Below are positions 35,901 to 46,800 of a DNA stretch of 64,000 nt, in pieces. The stretch's first letter is position 1. Each line of letters begins with the position of its first letter. The DNA comes from Eledone cirrhosa (taxonomy: Eukaryota). The stretch is from assembly GCA_964016885.1 (NCBI GenBank), contig OZ024741.1, positions 325,314,001-325,378,000 of the forward strand. Direction: 5' to 3'. The notes under the pieces were generated by a model. That model saw nothing but the letters and a program-made list of their open reading frames with translations. It made no database searches and was not told the DNA's origin. Made by a program: the position numbers and the translations under genes.

Positions 35901-38183
35901 TTAGCAGATTAGTTAATGAGAGGTTGACGGGTGCAATCGTCAACAACCGATGGTGGGCATCTCTCAAAAGAGAGATTAGAACAGAATCAATAAATTATAG
36001 CAAGATGTTAGCTGCCGATAGGAATAGAAACGAGAAAGAATTAACAGGTAAATTAGAAGAGGCAATCAAGAGCGAAGATGTGGCCAGACTGCTGGCATCG
36101 AGGACGGCCTTGAACCAGTTTTTCGATGCAAAGCACGAAGGCTGCGTCATTCGAAGTAAAATACGTGCTCTAGGTAATGAGGGGGCCAAAGCCGTTGGCT
36201 GGGCCCGCGTGACAGAAGCTAAGAGTGGAAATCGATCCACCATCTGGTCGTTGCAAGACGAGGATGGACGGGTGATCCGGAAGACTAAGCAGATGTGCGA
36301 GGCCTTTCAAAGGCACTTTGCCCGATTATTCGGGGGAAGCGAGGGCCCGGGCGGGGACGTGGATTTCGGTCCATACCTCGACGGCTTGCCGCGTCTCTCG
36401 AGCGAAGAGGCAGAGTCCTGCGAGGGACCAATCTCGGCTGATGAGATCGGGGATGCGCTGAGCCAATGCAGCAGACGCAAATCTCCATGTCTCGATGGTA
36501 TACCTTACGAACTTTATTTAGCAATGCCGGTCTTCTTCTCCGAACTCCTCGAAGCGGTCTACTGCAACTGGCAACAGAACGGGAGAATTCCTTGTTCTGT
36601 AGCCAAGGGCGTAGTCTCGCTGGTGAGGAAGGACGAGAACAAGGGGGATAGTATAAATAATTTTCGGCCCATAACCCTGCTAAACACAGAGTTAAAGATT
36701 TTGGCCAAGGTGTTAGCAAAGAGGTTGGCGCTTGTCGTGGGTAGCCTGGTGGGAGATGCGCAGACATGTGCTATCCCATCCAAGTCCATTCACGATAACC
36801 TCCACCTCATGCGATACATCATAGAGAGGGTTGGCAACAAACCCGGCTTCGGTGGGGCCCTGATCAACTTGGATCTGTCTAAGGCCTTCGATAGGGTCGA
36901 CCATGGTTACCTGGATGCGGTGCTAGCGGCGGCTGGGTTCGGTCCTGTTTTCAGAGGCTGGATCACTGCCTTACATAGCAACCACATCTGTTCTAGGATC
37001 AAGGTGAACGGCTACCTTTCGAAGCCGTTCGAAATCACACGATCCATTCGACAGGGGTGCCCTCTCTCCTCCCTTCTGTATGTATTGATTCTCGAGCCTT
37101 TACTGAGGAAGTTGGAGTTGTTGCAGGGTATCCGCCTGGAACCAGGATTGAGCAAAGCGGTGTCGGCCTACGCCGATGACGTAACAGTAATGGTATCGAC
37201 CGACTCGGAGATCGAGGCGATCGATACCTTACTGGAGGATTACGAAAGGTTGTCAGGAGCGAAACTGAACTGGGAAAAATCCATCGGGCTGCAACTCGGA
37301 ACGTGGAGAGGCAGATCGATGCCTCCCGACGGTGTCGTCGGACACTGGACGGAGGGCCCGGTAAAGTTGCTTGGGGTCTGGTTTGGACCGGACCTCCAGG
37401 TGAAAAAGAACTGGGACGAGCTTACGAACAAGGTGTTTGCACTAACCCAGAAATGGGCCAAGTGTAAGCTGTCCCTAAAAGGCCGGATGGAGGTGGCGAA
37501 CATTTACATAGCGTCCGTCACTTACTACCGCCTGACTGTCGTGCCTTGCCCTAAGGAAACATTCACCACCATGGAACGCATGCTCTTCCAATTTCTTTGG
37601 AAGAAGCGCCTTCCTATGGTGAGAAGATCCATCTGCTGCCAACAACCTTCGAAAGGAGGGCTGGGGATGCCGTGGTTGATGATGCGTAGGCACGCATTAA
37701 GGCTACGGCACCTACAGGTATTCCTCACTGGTCAACCGGTGTGGGCTCCGTTCGTGAAACGAGCCTTTCCGAGACTCGTCTCGCTCACCGAGCTGCAGTC
37801 CTGGGTCAAGCAAAGATCCGGAAAACTGGGAGACTGGCACACTGAGTGTGCTCAGGCGCTCAGCGCTCTCTGGCAAGCGGGCCAGGCCATCGGTGGAGAA
37901 TCCACCTCATCATTCTATAGAGGGCTGGTGGCTAGCAGGGGCGATGACACCCTTGGAGAATAGCTGGACATGGAAGAGGACGAACTGGCCAGCCTGTTCG
38001 GTAGGACTTTCGGCCCGGGACCAATGGACAACTTCCAGAAGTCACTAGCCTGGCAGTGCTACCGGGGGCTCTACCCGTTCGAGAGAGGCTCTACAGACAC
38101 GGGCGCCCGGGCAGGGATCCCTCAAAAAAGATTTGCCCTAGATGCGTGCGTCACGAAGAAACCGTTGCGCACGCATTGGTGCA
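32923..38183 (+). mobile_element. Tx1-type copy E8 (subfamily D): 5' UTR, ORF1 and ORF2, 3' end deleted
   Basis: ORF1 ~33326-35080 with one stop at 34022-34024 and CHICAGRGHLQAAC knuckle; ORF2 from 35114; breaks off in the C-terminal zinc finger. Confidence 0.93.
35114..37963 (+). CDS. ORF2p with complete APE endonuclease and RT; premature stop before the zinc finger
   Basis: GCLNARGL, ICETRI, VAVYSP, GDWND, SYLDRFL, YMDH, WKLN, YADD. Confidence 0.9.
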   Translation: MDVLRVGCLNARGLGSTWKQAKLLNDLRSCGINVMVICETRISVVRQLTPTFDEFEVHASPCQPGGGGGVVVLLQKHLGLAVQVVHSDPEGRLLVRDVGSSEGAALRLVAVYSPFGAERPDFFQRLETFLGTSRSLLLAGDWNDILDARWDYAGACPNRGGCNSLKGLLDRFNLVDRYRLDFPTVPTWTWTNHSGQSRSYLDRFLVRSKDRDILSCPEMLTVGYMDHKLVTCVVNLEKTHKQGPGYWKLNLSLPAKETYRNRISRLVNERLTGAIVNNRWWASLKREIRTESINYSKMLAADRNRNEKELTGKLEEAIKSEDVARLLASRTALNQFFDAKHEGCVIRSKIRALGNEGAKAVGWARVTEAKSGNRSTIWSLQDEDGRVIRKTKQMCEAFQRHFARLFGGSEGPGGDVDFGPYLDGLPRLSSEEAESCEGPISADEIGDALSQCSRRKSPCLDGIPYELYLAMPVFFSELLEAVYCNWQQNGRIPCSVAKGVVSLVRKDENKGDSINNFRPITLLNTELKILAKVLAKRLALVVGSLVGDAQTCAIPSKSIHDNLHLMRYIIERVGNKPGFGGALINLDLSKAFDRVDHGYLDAVLAAAGFGPVFRGWITALHSNHICSRIKVNGYLSKPFEITRSIRQGCPLSSLLYVLILEPLLRKLELLQGIRLEPGLSKAVSAYADDVTVMVSTDSEIEAIDTLLEDYERLSGAKLNWEKSIGLQLGTWRGRSMPPDGVVGHWTEGPVKLLGVWFGPDLQVKKNWDELTNKVFALTQKWAKCKLSLKGRMEVANIYIASVTYYRLTVVPCPKETFTTMERMLFQFLWKKRLPMVRRSICCQQPSKGGLGMPWLMMRRHALRLRHLQVFLTGQPVWAPFVKRAFPRLVSLTELQSWVKQRSGKLGDWHTECAQALSALWQAGQAIGGESTSSFYRGLVASRGDDTLGE

Positions 38184-38195
38184 ATTTTGAGAAAA

Positions 38196-38372
38196 ATGGC
38201 TGAAGCATCTTCACCATCAATCAAAGAAGGAAAGGGGAAGTCATACTCACAGCTTCCCCCTGCCACTGTCACAGCAGCAGATGCCAAAGACAGAGGTCAG
38301 AGAGAGCAAGAATTGTCTTCACCTGTTGACCGACCACTAGATGTAGCCACAACTACACAAGAATTTGAAAAC

Positions 38373-38403
<31 letters not shown>

Positions 38404-40044
38404 GCAACAATAAAGACAACAAAAACAACAACAACACAAACGTCACAAGTATCCACACACCAAACGAAAAAGACAACAACAACAACAAAGATGAAAACAA
38501 CTCAAACGACGAGAAACAAAACAATACTAAAATCCAAAACGAAAACAAAATATCTTTTGCACAAACGGCTAAATTCTCAGTCGCTTATGTGCTGGAAGAT
38601 ATTTCAAAAGCAAAAGAAATGCTGGAAAAAGCCAAGAAATATGTGTCTTTTGGCGAAAACGGTTCGTTTTCTATACATTCACCTCCGGAGCTAAAAAGAC
38701 AGACGGAATTACGAACTGTCGTATTCCGAACAATTTTAAATAAAACAAAGAAACCAGCGCAACCATCTCAAGCGGAAATTCAGTTAGTCTTGAAAGACGC
38801 GATGAGAGATATCACTTTTATACAAAAGGATAAACTCTATGGGAGTTTATCCATATTGATGAAAGACGAATTGGCGGCAAAAAAATACTCTGTGTCGCCA
38901 ATTCGGTCCACACACTACACCTTCTTCCCCACCTACATGGGTAAAAAAACCCAGAGGATATGGATAACCACCATCACCCCAAACATAAACTACTGGTGGT
39001 TACTAACCGGTTTCCTCAATTTAGACGAGGACAACCTCATTTCAATAGGGAAGGCATCCGGCGACGCGTTCAGTGGAACGAGCATCGAAGTTCTGACCCA
39101 AATAAGGCCAGAACGCATCGCCCAAATCCCTGAGCGCGTCATGCTGGATGACCGTACCCACCTCAACATTATTGTGGAGGGTAGGCGTCCCTCCTGTTAC
39201 CTCTGTGGCAATAGAGGTCACCTGAGGGCTGCCTGTCCCCAGCTCACACAGAAAAAAACACTGCTACCAACACCAACACCACCCCAACTACAACAACAAA
39301 AACAACCACAACAACAACAAAAACCAACAACCCCACCACCACCACCACCACAACAACAACAACAAACACGTGAAAAAATAACACAGAATACTGTCCCACC
39401 CAATCCCTCCCCACCCAAAACAAATACAAAAACACGCACACCGCAAACACTACCAGAAAACATACCCCTCCCACCCAACAAGGAAGACGAACCTCTTTCG
39501 TCGCAAGACGAAAAAGATCCCTTCCAACAAGTAAAAAGAAAGAAGAGGAGACGCACCACAGACACACATGTTAACTTTAACCCCCCCCCCAAGAGAACAC
39601 AAACTACACACAAACCACCCCTCCCTGTCACACAACACTAACTGCTACACAAAAAAAGACCTTACAATACACATACATGAACACAGACAAAGAATTACGG
39701 AAAACAATTTCAGCAAACCCTTCGGTCCAAACTGAAGGGCCAAACTTTATAACTGCTGTGGGACTACCTCATTTGAAAATGATAAAAGTCCCAATGCACT
39801 TGTACAAAACACTGAAAATAAATTTCACGGAGGACGTGGGCCCCCCCGGCGCCACACCAATCAACCGCGTCCTCCTAAAAAATTTCGCCCCCCACCCCAC
39901 CCAGACACCCACTCAACCACAAACACCCCAACCCCACAACACACCGATGCCCCTTCACTTCCACAAACCACCACCCCACCCAACAACCCATCCCCAACCA
40001 GCATGGAAATTGAGCGGCCCGTTTCCCGGGACGCAGAGAGGTAA
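38196..40044 (+). pseudogene. ORF1 of E9 (frameshifts in C homopolymers, possibly sequencing errors)
   Basis: Start MAEASSPSIK; Asn-rich N-terminus; otherwise nearly identical to E5 ORF1. Confidence 0.8.
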
Positions 40045-40223
40045 GTGCCTTTTCTCTTTACCACCAACATGGCTGTGCTAAGAGTAGGATGTCTAAATGC
40101 GCGTGGCCTGGGCTCGTCTTGGAAGCAAGCAATGCTTCTAAATGACCTCAGGTCACAATCTATAAATGTGATGGTTATCTGCGAGGCCCGGATCAGCTAG
40201 CCCCCACCTTTGACGACTTTGAG

Positions 40224-43200
40224 ATGCACGCATCTCTCTGTCAGCCCGGAGGTGGGGGTGGGGTTGTCGTTCTGCTGCAAAAACATATGGGCTTTGCAAC
40301 ACAGATAGTTCACTTGGACCCAGGGGGTCGACTGGTGGTGCTGGACCTTGGCAGTGGTGAAGGTATAGCCTTTAGGCTGATAGCCGCATATGCCCCTTTT
40401 GGGACAGAGCGGCCCGACTTTTTCCAGCGTCTGGAGTCTTTTCTAGGGACGTCCCGTTCCCTGCTTTTAGTGGGGGATTGGAATGGTATCCTGGATGCAC
40501 GTTGGGACTATGCAGGGGCATGTCCCGATAGAGAGGGGTGCAACAGCCTCAAGGGGTTACTCGGCCGATTTGACCTGGCCGATAGATTTCGACTAGATTT
40601 TCCGACGGTGCCAACCTGGTCTTGGTCAAATCGCAGCGGATCATCTAGATCGTACCTAGATAGATTTTTAGTTAGAAATAAGGACAGGGACTTTTTAAGT
40701 TGTCCAGAAATGCTCATGGTTGGCTATTCAGACCACAAGTTGGTGACCTGCATGGTCAACCTTGATAGAACGCATAGACAGGGCCCCGGTTACTGGAAGC
40801 TCAACTTGTCCTTGCCGGCAAGTAGAGCCTACAGGAATCGAATTAGTACGTTAGTTAAGGAACGGTTGACTGGAGCGATCGTCAACAGCAGGTGGTGGGT
40901 ATCTCTAAAGAGAGAGATTAGAGTAGTCTCGATAGAATTTAGTAAGGTTCTAGCTGCGGATAGGAATAGGAAGGAAAGGGAGCTAATAGATAGAGTAGAA
41001 GAGGCAATTAGAAGCGGCGACGTGGCCAGAGTGCTAGCGTCGAGAACGGCTTTGAGCCAGTTTTTCGACGCGAAGCACGAAGGCTGCGTTGTCCGAAGTA
41101 AAATACGTGCTCTAGGGAACGAGGGGACCAAAGCTGTTAGCTGGGCCCGCGTGACAGAGGCCAACAGTGGAACTAAATCCACCATCCGGTCTTTGCGAGA
41201 CCTGGATGGACGGGCGATTCTTGAGCCTAAGCAGATGTGTGAGGCCTTTCAAAGGCACTTTGCCCGACTGTTCGGGAGGGGCGGGGAGCCGGTTGGGAAC
41301 ATGGACTTCGGTCCATACCTCGACGGCCTGCCGCGCCTCTCGGACAGGGAGGCGAAGTCCTGCGAGGAGCCGATTTCGGCCGCTGAGATAGAGGACGTGC
41401 TGAGCCAATGCGGCAAACGCAAATCCCCGGGTCTCGATGGTCTTCCTTACGAATTATATCTAGCTATGCCGGACTTGTTCCTCGATCTCCTCGAGGTGGT
41501 CTACTGCAACTGGCAACAGAACGGGAGAATTCCCTGTACTGTGACCAAGGGCGTAGTCACGCTAGTGAGGAAGGACGAGAACAAGGGGGACGAAATAAGT
41601 AACTTCAGGCCCATAACTCTGCTAAATACAGAGTTACAGATTTTGGCCAAGGTGCTAGCAAAGAGGTTGGCGCTTGTCATGGGCAACCTGGTGGGAGATG
41701 CGCAGACATGCGCCATCCCGTCCAGGTCCATCCATGACAACCTCCACCTCATGCGATACATCATAGAGAGGGTTGGGAACGAACCCGGCTTTGGTGGGGC
41801 TCTGATCAACTTGGATCAATCTAAGGCGTTCGATAGGGTCGACCATGGTTACCTGAATGCGGTGCTAGCGGCGGCAGGCTTCGGACCCGTTTTCAGGGGC
41901 TGGATCACTGCTATGCACAGCAGCCGCATCTGCTCTAGGGTCAAGGTGAACGGCTACCTCTCGGAGCCGTTCAAAATCGCGCGGTCCATCCGACAAGGGT
42001 GCCCTCTCTCCTCCCTTCTGTATGTGTTGACTCTCGAGCCACTACTGCGGAAGTTGGAGTTGTTGCAGGGCATCCCTTTGGAACCGGGATTGCGGAAAGC
42101 GGTGTCGGCCTACGCCGATGACGTGACAGTAATGGTGTCGACGGCCTCCGAAATCGAGGCGGTCGGCACCTTACTGGAGGAGTACGAAAAGTTCACAGGG
42201 GCTAAGCTGAACCGGGACAAGTCGATCGGTTTGCAACTCGGCACGTGGAGGGGCAGACCGATGCCCTCCGATGGCGTCGTCGGACGCTGGACGGAGGGCA
42301 CAGTGAAGTTGCTCGGGGTCTGGTTCGGACCGGACCTCCAGGTGGAGAAAAACTGGGCGGAGGTTACGAACAGGGTGTTTGCACTGACCCAGAAGTGGGC
42401 CAGTTGCAAACTATCCCTGAAAGGTCGGGCGGAGGTGGCGAACACCTACATAGCGTCCGTCATCTACTACCGCCTGACCGTAGTGCCCTGCCCAAGGGAA
42501 ACCCTCACCAAGATGGAGCGCGCGCTCTTCCAATTCCTTTGGAAGAGACGGGCTCCTATGGTGAGGAGATCCATCTGCTGTCAACACCCTTCGAAAGGAG
42601 GGCTGGGGATGCCGTGGCTAATGATGCGTAAATACGCATTAAGGCTACGGCACCTCTACGTATTCCTCACCGGACAACCGGTGTGGGCCTCGTTTGTGAG
42701 ACGAACCTTTCCCAGACTCGTCTCACTCACCGAGCTGCAATCCTGGGTCAAGCAAAGACCGAGAAAACTGGGCGCCTGGCACACTGAGTGTGCCCAGGCG
42801 CTCACCGCCCTCTGGAAGGCGGATCCGGTCATCAGTGGAGACTCCACCGCAACATTCTATAGAGGGCTGGTACGCAGCAGGTGCGACGACGCCCTCGGAG
42901 AAGCCCTAGACATGGAGGAGGACGAACTGGCCAGCCTGTTCGGTAGGACATTCAGCCCGGGACCTATGGACAACTACCAGAAGTCCCTGGCCTGGCAGTG
43001 CTACCGAGGAGCTTTACCCGTTCGAGAAAGGCTCTACAGACACGGGCGCCCGGGTAGGGACCCCGCCAAAAAGATCTGTCCCAGATGCGTGTGCCACGAG
43101 GAAACCGTTGCACACGCATTGGTACACTGCTCGGGCGTAGCCGATCTGTGGGGCTATGTCGAACAACTGCTGTCAAGGGTGGGACCGATCCGGTTGACCA

Positions 43201-43493
43201 TCGAGTCTATTGTAATGATCAAGCCGCCTCCCCCCTTCAAAGATGAAGCAGAGGCGGTGTTTCTGTGCGTAATAGCCATGGCGAAAGAGGTTGTATGGTG
43301 GACGCGTCTGAAAGGACTGAGGTCAGGCACCTTTCTCTCTGGCCAACAACTGGTCCGTTTCTTCCGATATCATTTCGGAAGAAGGATCAGGATGGAGAGA
43401 GAGGTGCTGCACCCCAGTCGTTTTTATGAAAGGTGGGTGAAAGTGGCGAGAATGACCCGTGTGAATAGGCCTTCTCTTTACATGAGCCTGTAG
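40224..43493 (+). CDS. ORF2p of E9, 1089-aa open frame lacking the N-terminal ~55 aa of the endonuclease
   Basis: Natural start 40069 hits TAG at 40198-40200; the rest of APE, RT and zinc finger is uninterrupted. Confidence 0.85.
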   Translation: MHASLCQPGGGGGVVVLLQKHMGFATQIVHLDPGGRLVVLDLGSGEGIAFRLIAAYAPFGTERPDFFQRLESFLGTSRSLLLVGDWNGILDARWDYAGACPDREGCNSLKGLLGRFDLADRFRLDFPTVPTWSWSNRSGSSRSYLDRFLVRNKDRDFLSCPEMLMVGYSDHKLVTCMVNLDRTHRQGPGYWKLNLSLPASRAYRNRISTLVKERLTGAIVNSRWWVSLKREIRVVSIEFSKVLAADRNRKERELIDRVEEAIRSGDVARVLASRTALSQFFDAKHEGCVVRSKIRALGNEGTKAVSWARVTEANSGTKSTIRSLRDLDGRAILEPKQMCEAFQRHFARLFGRGGEPVGNMDFGPYLDGLPRLSDREAKSCEEPISAAEIEDVLSQCGKRKSPGLDGLPYELYLAMPDLFLDLLEVVYCNWQQNGRIPCTVTKGVVTLVRKDENKGDEISNFRPITLLNTELQILAKVLAKRLALVMGNLVGDAQTCAIPSRSIHDNLHLMRYIIERVGNEPGFGGALINLDQSKAFDRVDHGYLNAVLAAAGFGPVFRGWITAMHSSRICSRVKVNGYLSEPFKIARSIRQGCPLSSLLYVLTLEPLLRKLELLQGIPLEPGLRKAVSAYADDVTVMVSTASEIEAVGTLLEEYEKFTGAKLNRDKSIGLQLGTWRGRPMPSDGVVGRWTEGTVKLLGVWFGPDLQVEKNWAEVTNRVFALTQKWASCKLSLKGRAEVANTYIASVIYYRLTVVPCPRETLTKMERALFQFLWKRRAPMVRRSICCQHPSKGGLGMPWLMMRKYALRLRHLYVFLTGQPVWASFVRRTFPRLVSLTELQSWVKQRPRKLGAWHTECAQALTALWKADPVISGDSTATFYRGLVRSRCDDALGEALDMEEDELASLFGRTFSPGPMDNYQKSLAWQCYRGALPVRERLYRHGRPGRDPAKKICPRCVCHEETVAHALVHCSGVADLWGYVEQLLSRVGPIRLTIESIVMIKPPPPFKDEAEAVFLCVIAMAKEVVWWTRLKGLRSGTFLSGQQLVRFFRYHFGRRIRMEREVLHPSRFYERWVKVARMTRVNRPSLYMSL

Positions 43494-43757
43494 GTGGAAA
43501 AGAGGAAGGAACGAGGGAACACCCCTCTCTGTGCTCCTGAGGAAAAGGGTTGCACACCTTTTTCGGGGGTGTGTGCGACCCCCCAAGGCGCCTCCTCTCT
43601 ATTGAGGATTTTGTTATAAATTTTATTTTTTGTTATATTTTATTTTATTTTTATATATTGTTATTGCCTCCTCCCTATTGAGGACGCCTTGTTTTGTAAA
43701 CTCCCCCCCATTGTACTTGTCCCACTTTTGATGCCCTTGTGGCAAATAAAAGAAACA

Positions 43758-43870
<113 letters not shown>

Positions 43871-46800
43871 CTGGGATGGACACATGTGTTAAACTTGCTC
43901 GGTAAGTTTTGTTTAAATTTTTTTAGAAATTCGTCATTGTAAACTTTTATTTTTATACTATTTGTAGAGGGACTGATAGGTCAAATTTTGATCTGGTCAG
44001 TCTCCCAAAATATCGTGCCCAGCAGGACAAAAACATCCAAAATATTTTCGAAAAAAAAATTTTGCAAAACACTTCAATTTTTAAAAAATGGCTGAAGCAA
44101 GGCACTTACTTTTTTGTCAAAACAAGAAGATGGGAAGGGAAAGCCATGCCTACTTGACCAGCAGGTAGTTGCAGACATGGACAAAGGAATGCCAACATTA
44201 TCGCCTCAACATTTAGAAGAGGAACAATCTTCAGCTGCTTGTAAGCAACTGAACACGCCTGACGTCACAAACGTCATATGTATCCACACACAGAAGAAGT
44301 ATATGTAGCAAATACTAACACTACCACAACCAACAACAACAACACAATAAATGAGAACAACAACAATACAACAAAAGGAATCAATGGCAACACAACGAAT
44401 GAGACCATCATCACCACCAACAACAACAATAACAACATTTCATTTGCAGCAACAGTTGCTAAGTAGCAGGTTTTTAAATACTACTCCATGGACATTTCCC
44501 AAAAGTCCCAATATTTGGAAGAAGCTTCCAACTATGTGACGTTTGAGGGAGACACCCCGCACATACACATACCCCACAAGTAAGAGAAATGATACACAAA
44601 AAGAAACTAATTTATAAAACAGTTGACATCATTGCCAAAAAACCCATAACGCTCCCAACAAGCACTATTGAAGCTGCACTAAAAGACATCATTCCAGACG
44701 TGGCATACCCCCAAAGAGGTAAACAGTATGGAAGTGTGTCAGTGCTCTTTAAGAGCGAAACTCTGGCACAAAAACACTCAGTTCACCCAATAAAAACGGA
44801 TCAACACATCTTCTTCCCCGCATACATGGGAAGACGATCCTACAAAATAAAAATAACCAGGATCCCAGCAGAGGTCAACATATGGTGGATCCTACGTTGT
44901 ATCCTGAAGAAGGATGAGGACACCCTCCAATCTGTAGACAGGACAGACCGGCATAACTGGTTTGGAACCTGCATCGAGGTTCTGGTACAAATGAGGCCAG
45001 AGAGAGTTGAGAAAATACCGGACAGGATCAGCCTTGAGGAAGATGTCATCTCCATTTTAGTGGAGGGGAAAAGACCTCAGTGCTATAAGTGTGGGAAAAC
45101 CACACACTTAAAGGCCTTTTGCCCTCTCTTAAACAAACCGAGGACAAACAAGGTGTTATTACCAACACCAAAACCCCAACATCAACACTCCAAACCAAAC
45201 ACAACACAAACACCTGCAACATCCACTTCCACATCACCACAGACCACAGACCAGAGACAACCACACACACAAAATCCCACTGAAAAACCCTCCATTGCCT
45301 CTTCCCCCTCTGTCAAATACTTCCATAAACACCTGCGCAAACACTCCACCACACAACATACCCCTCTCATCTACCCCTGATTCAGAAGTCTCAGATACGG
45401 GAACCTCTACATCTCCAAGTGAGAATGAAGAGGAACCCCCAAAATCCAAAAAACGAAAAAGACACAAAAAAGACACAAAAACATCTACAGAAAACACGCA
45501 CACACCCAACCCCACCATAAACACACCGCCTCAAACAACAAACACACCAACAACACAATCACCACCAACACAACCAAACACTTCACCAACAAAACAAACA
45601 CCCACACCACCATAATCACAAACCCAACCACAAAAAGAAAACTACAAACAGAAACAGTACACATAAAAAACAAAACACACTACACATACATAAAAACAAG
45701 AAACAAAGAACTGGTGGAAACTGTCCGAAAGGACCCCACAATACAAACAGAAGGGAAAACCTTCCCCACCAACGATCCACCCCTAAACCTCAAACTTATC
45801 AGGGTAACAACCCTACAGTATGAAACTTTAAAAGAGAATTTCCTACATGATGTGGGACCCCCTTGCCAAAAGCCTCTTAACTGTGTCCTGCTAAAAGGAT
45901 TCCCTCCCTCCCCAAACACCACCAATCTGGACATGGAGATCGAAGAACCCGACCTCCAGGAAACGAAAAGGTAAGTGTTCCTGCCTTTTCTCTCTTTAAC
46001 TCTTCTTCACCAACATGGCGACTATACAAGCAACATGTCCCATGATTTTGAGATCTACGCATCTCTCTGTCAGCCAGGAGGTGGAGGGGGAGTTGCTGTT
46101 CTGTTTCGAAAAAGCTTGGATCTCAAAATACAGACGATTCACTTGAACCCGGAGAACAGCCTGGTGGTCCTAGACGTGAATGGTAGTGAAGGTGGAGCTT
46201 TCAGACTGGTTGCCGTGTATGCCCCGACTGGGACATCGCGACCAGAGTTCTTCAAGCGTCTAGAGCCATTCCTGGGAACGTCTCACTCTTTAGTGTTAGC
46301 GGGGACTGGAATGGCATCTTAGACGCACGTTGGGACTATGTAGGAGCTTGTGATAATAGAGGGGGTGTAATAGCCTCAAAAATTTCATCAGCCAATTCCA
46401 ACTGGCTGATAGGTATCGACTAGACTTCCCAAGTGCACCACTGTGGACGTGGAGCAACCGCACTGCGTCTTCTAGATCGTATTTAGATAGATTTTTAATT
46501 AGACAGAATGATAAGGAAACATTAAGCTGTCCACAAATGCACATGGTTGCCTATTCAGACCACAAATTAGTCACCTGTGTAAGTCAACCTTGATAGAACA
46601 CATAGACAGGGACCCGGATACTGGAAGCTAAACATGTCGCTCCCGGCGTGTAAGGCCTACAGTAAACGGATTAGCACCTTAATTAAGTTCCAGTTGACGG
46701 GGGCGATCGTCAACAACAGGTGGTGGAGCTCTGTCAAGAGAGCAATTAGAATAGAATCGATAGTATTTAGCAAGGAAGTAGCTTTAGAAAAAAACAAAAC

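Larger units (their letters stand above)
38184..43757 (+). mobile_element. Tx1-type copy E9 (subfamily A), full coding length
   Basis: ORF1 ATG 38196 to 40044 (poly-C frameshifts near 39585 and 39890); ORF2 40069-43493; 3' UTR and AATAAA. Confidence 0.95.

Noticed and set aside
38142-38195. First 18 aa of the 499-aa ORF
   Set aside because: Out-of-frame E8 ORF2 sequence upstream of the fusion; the real ORF1 start is ATG 38196, matching E10's MAEA start.
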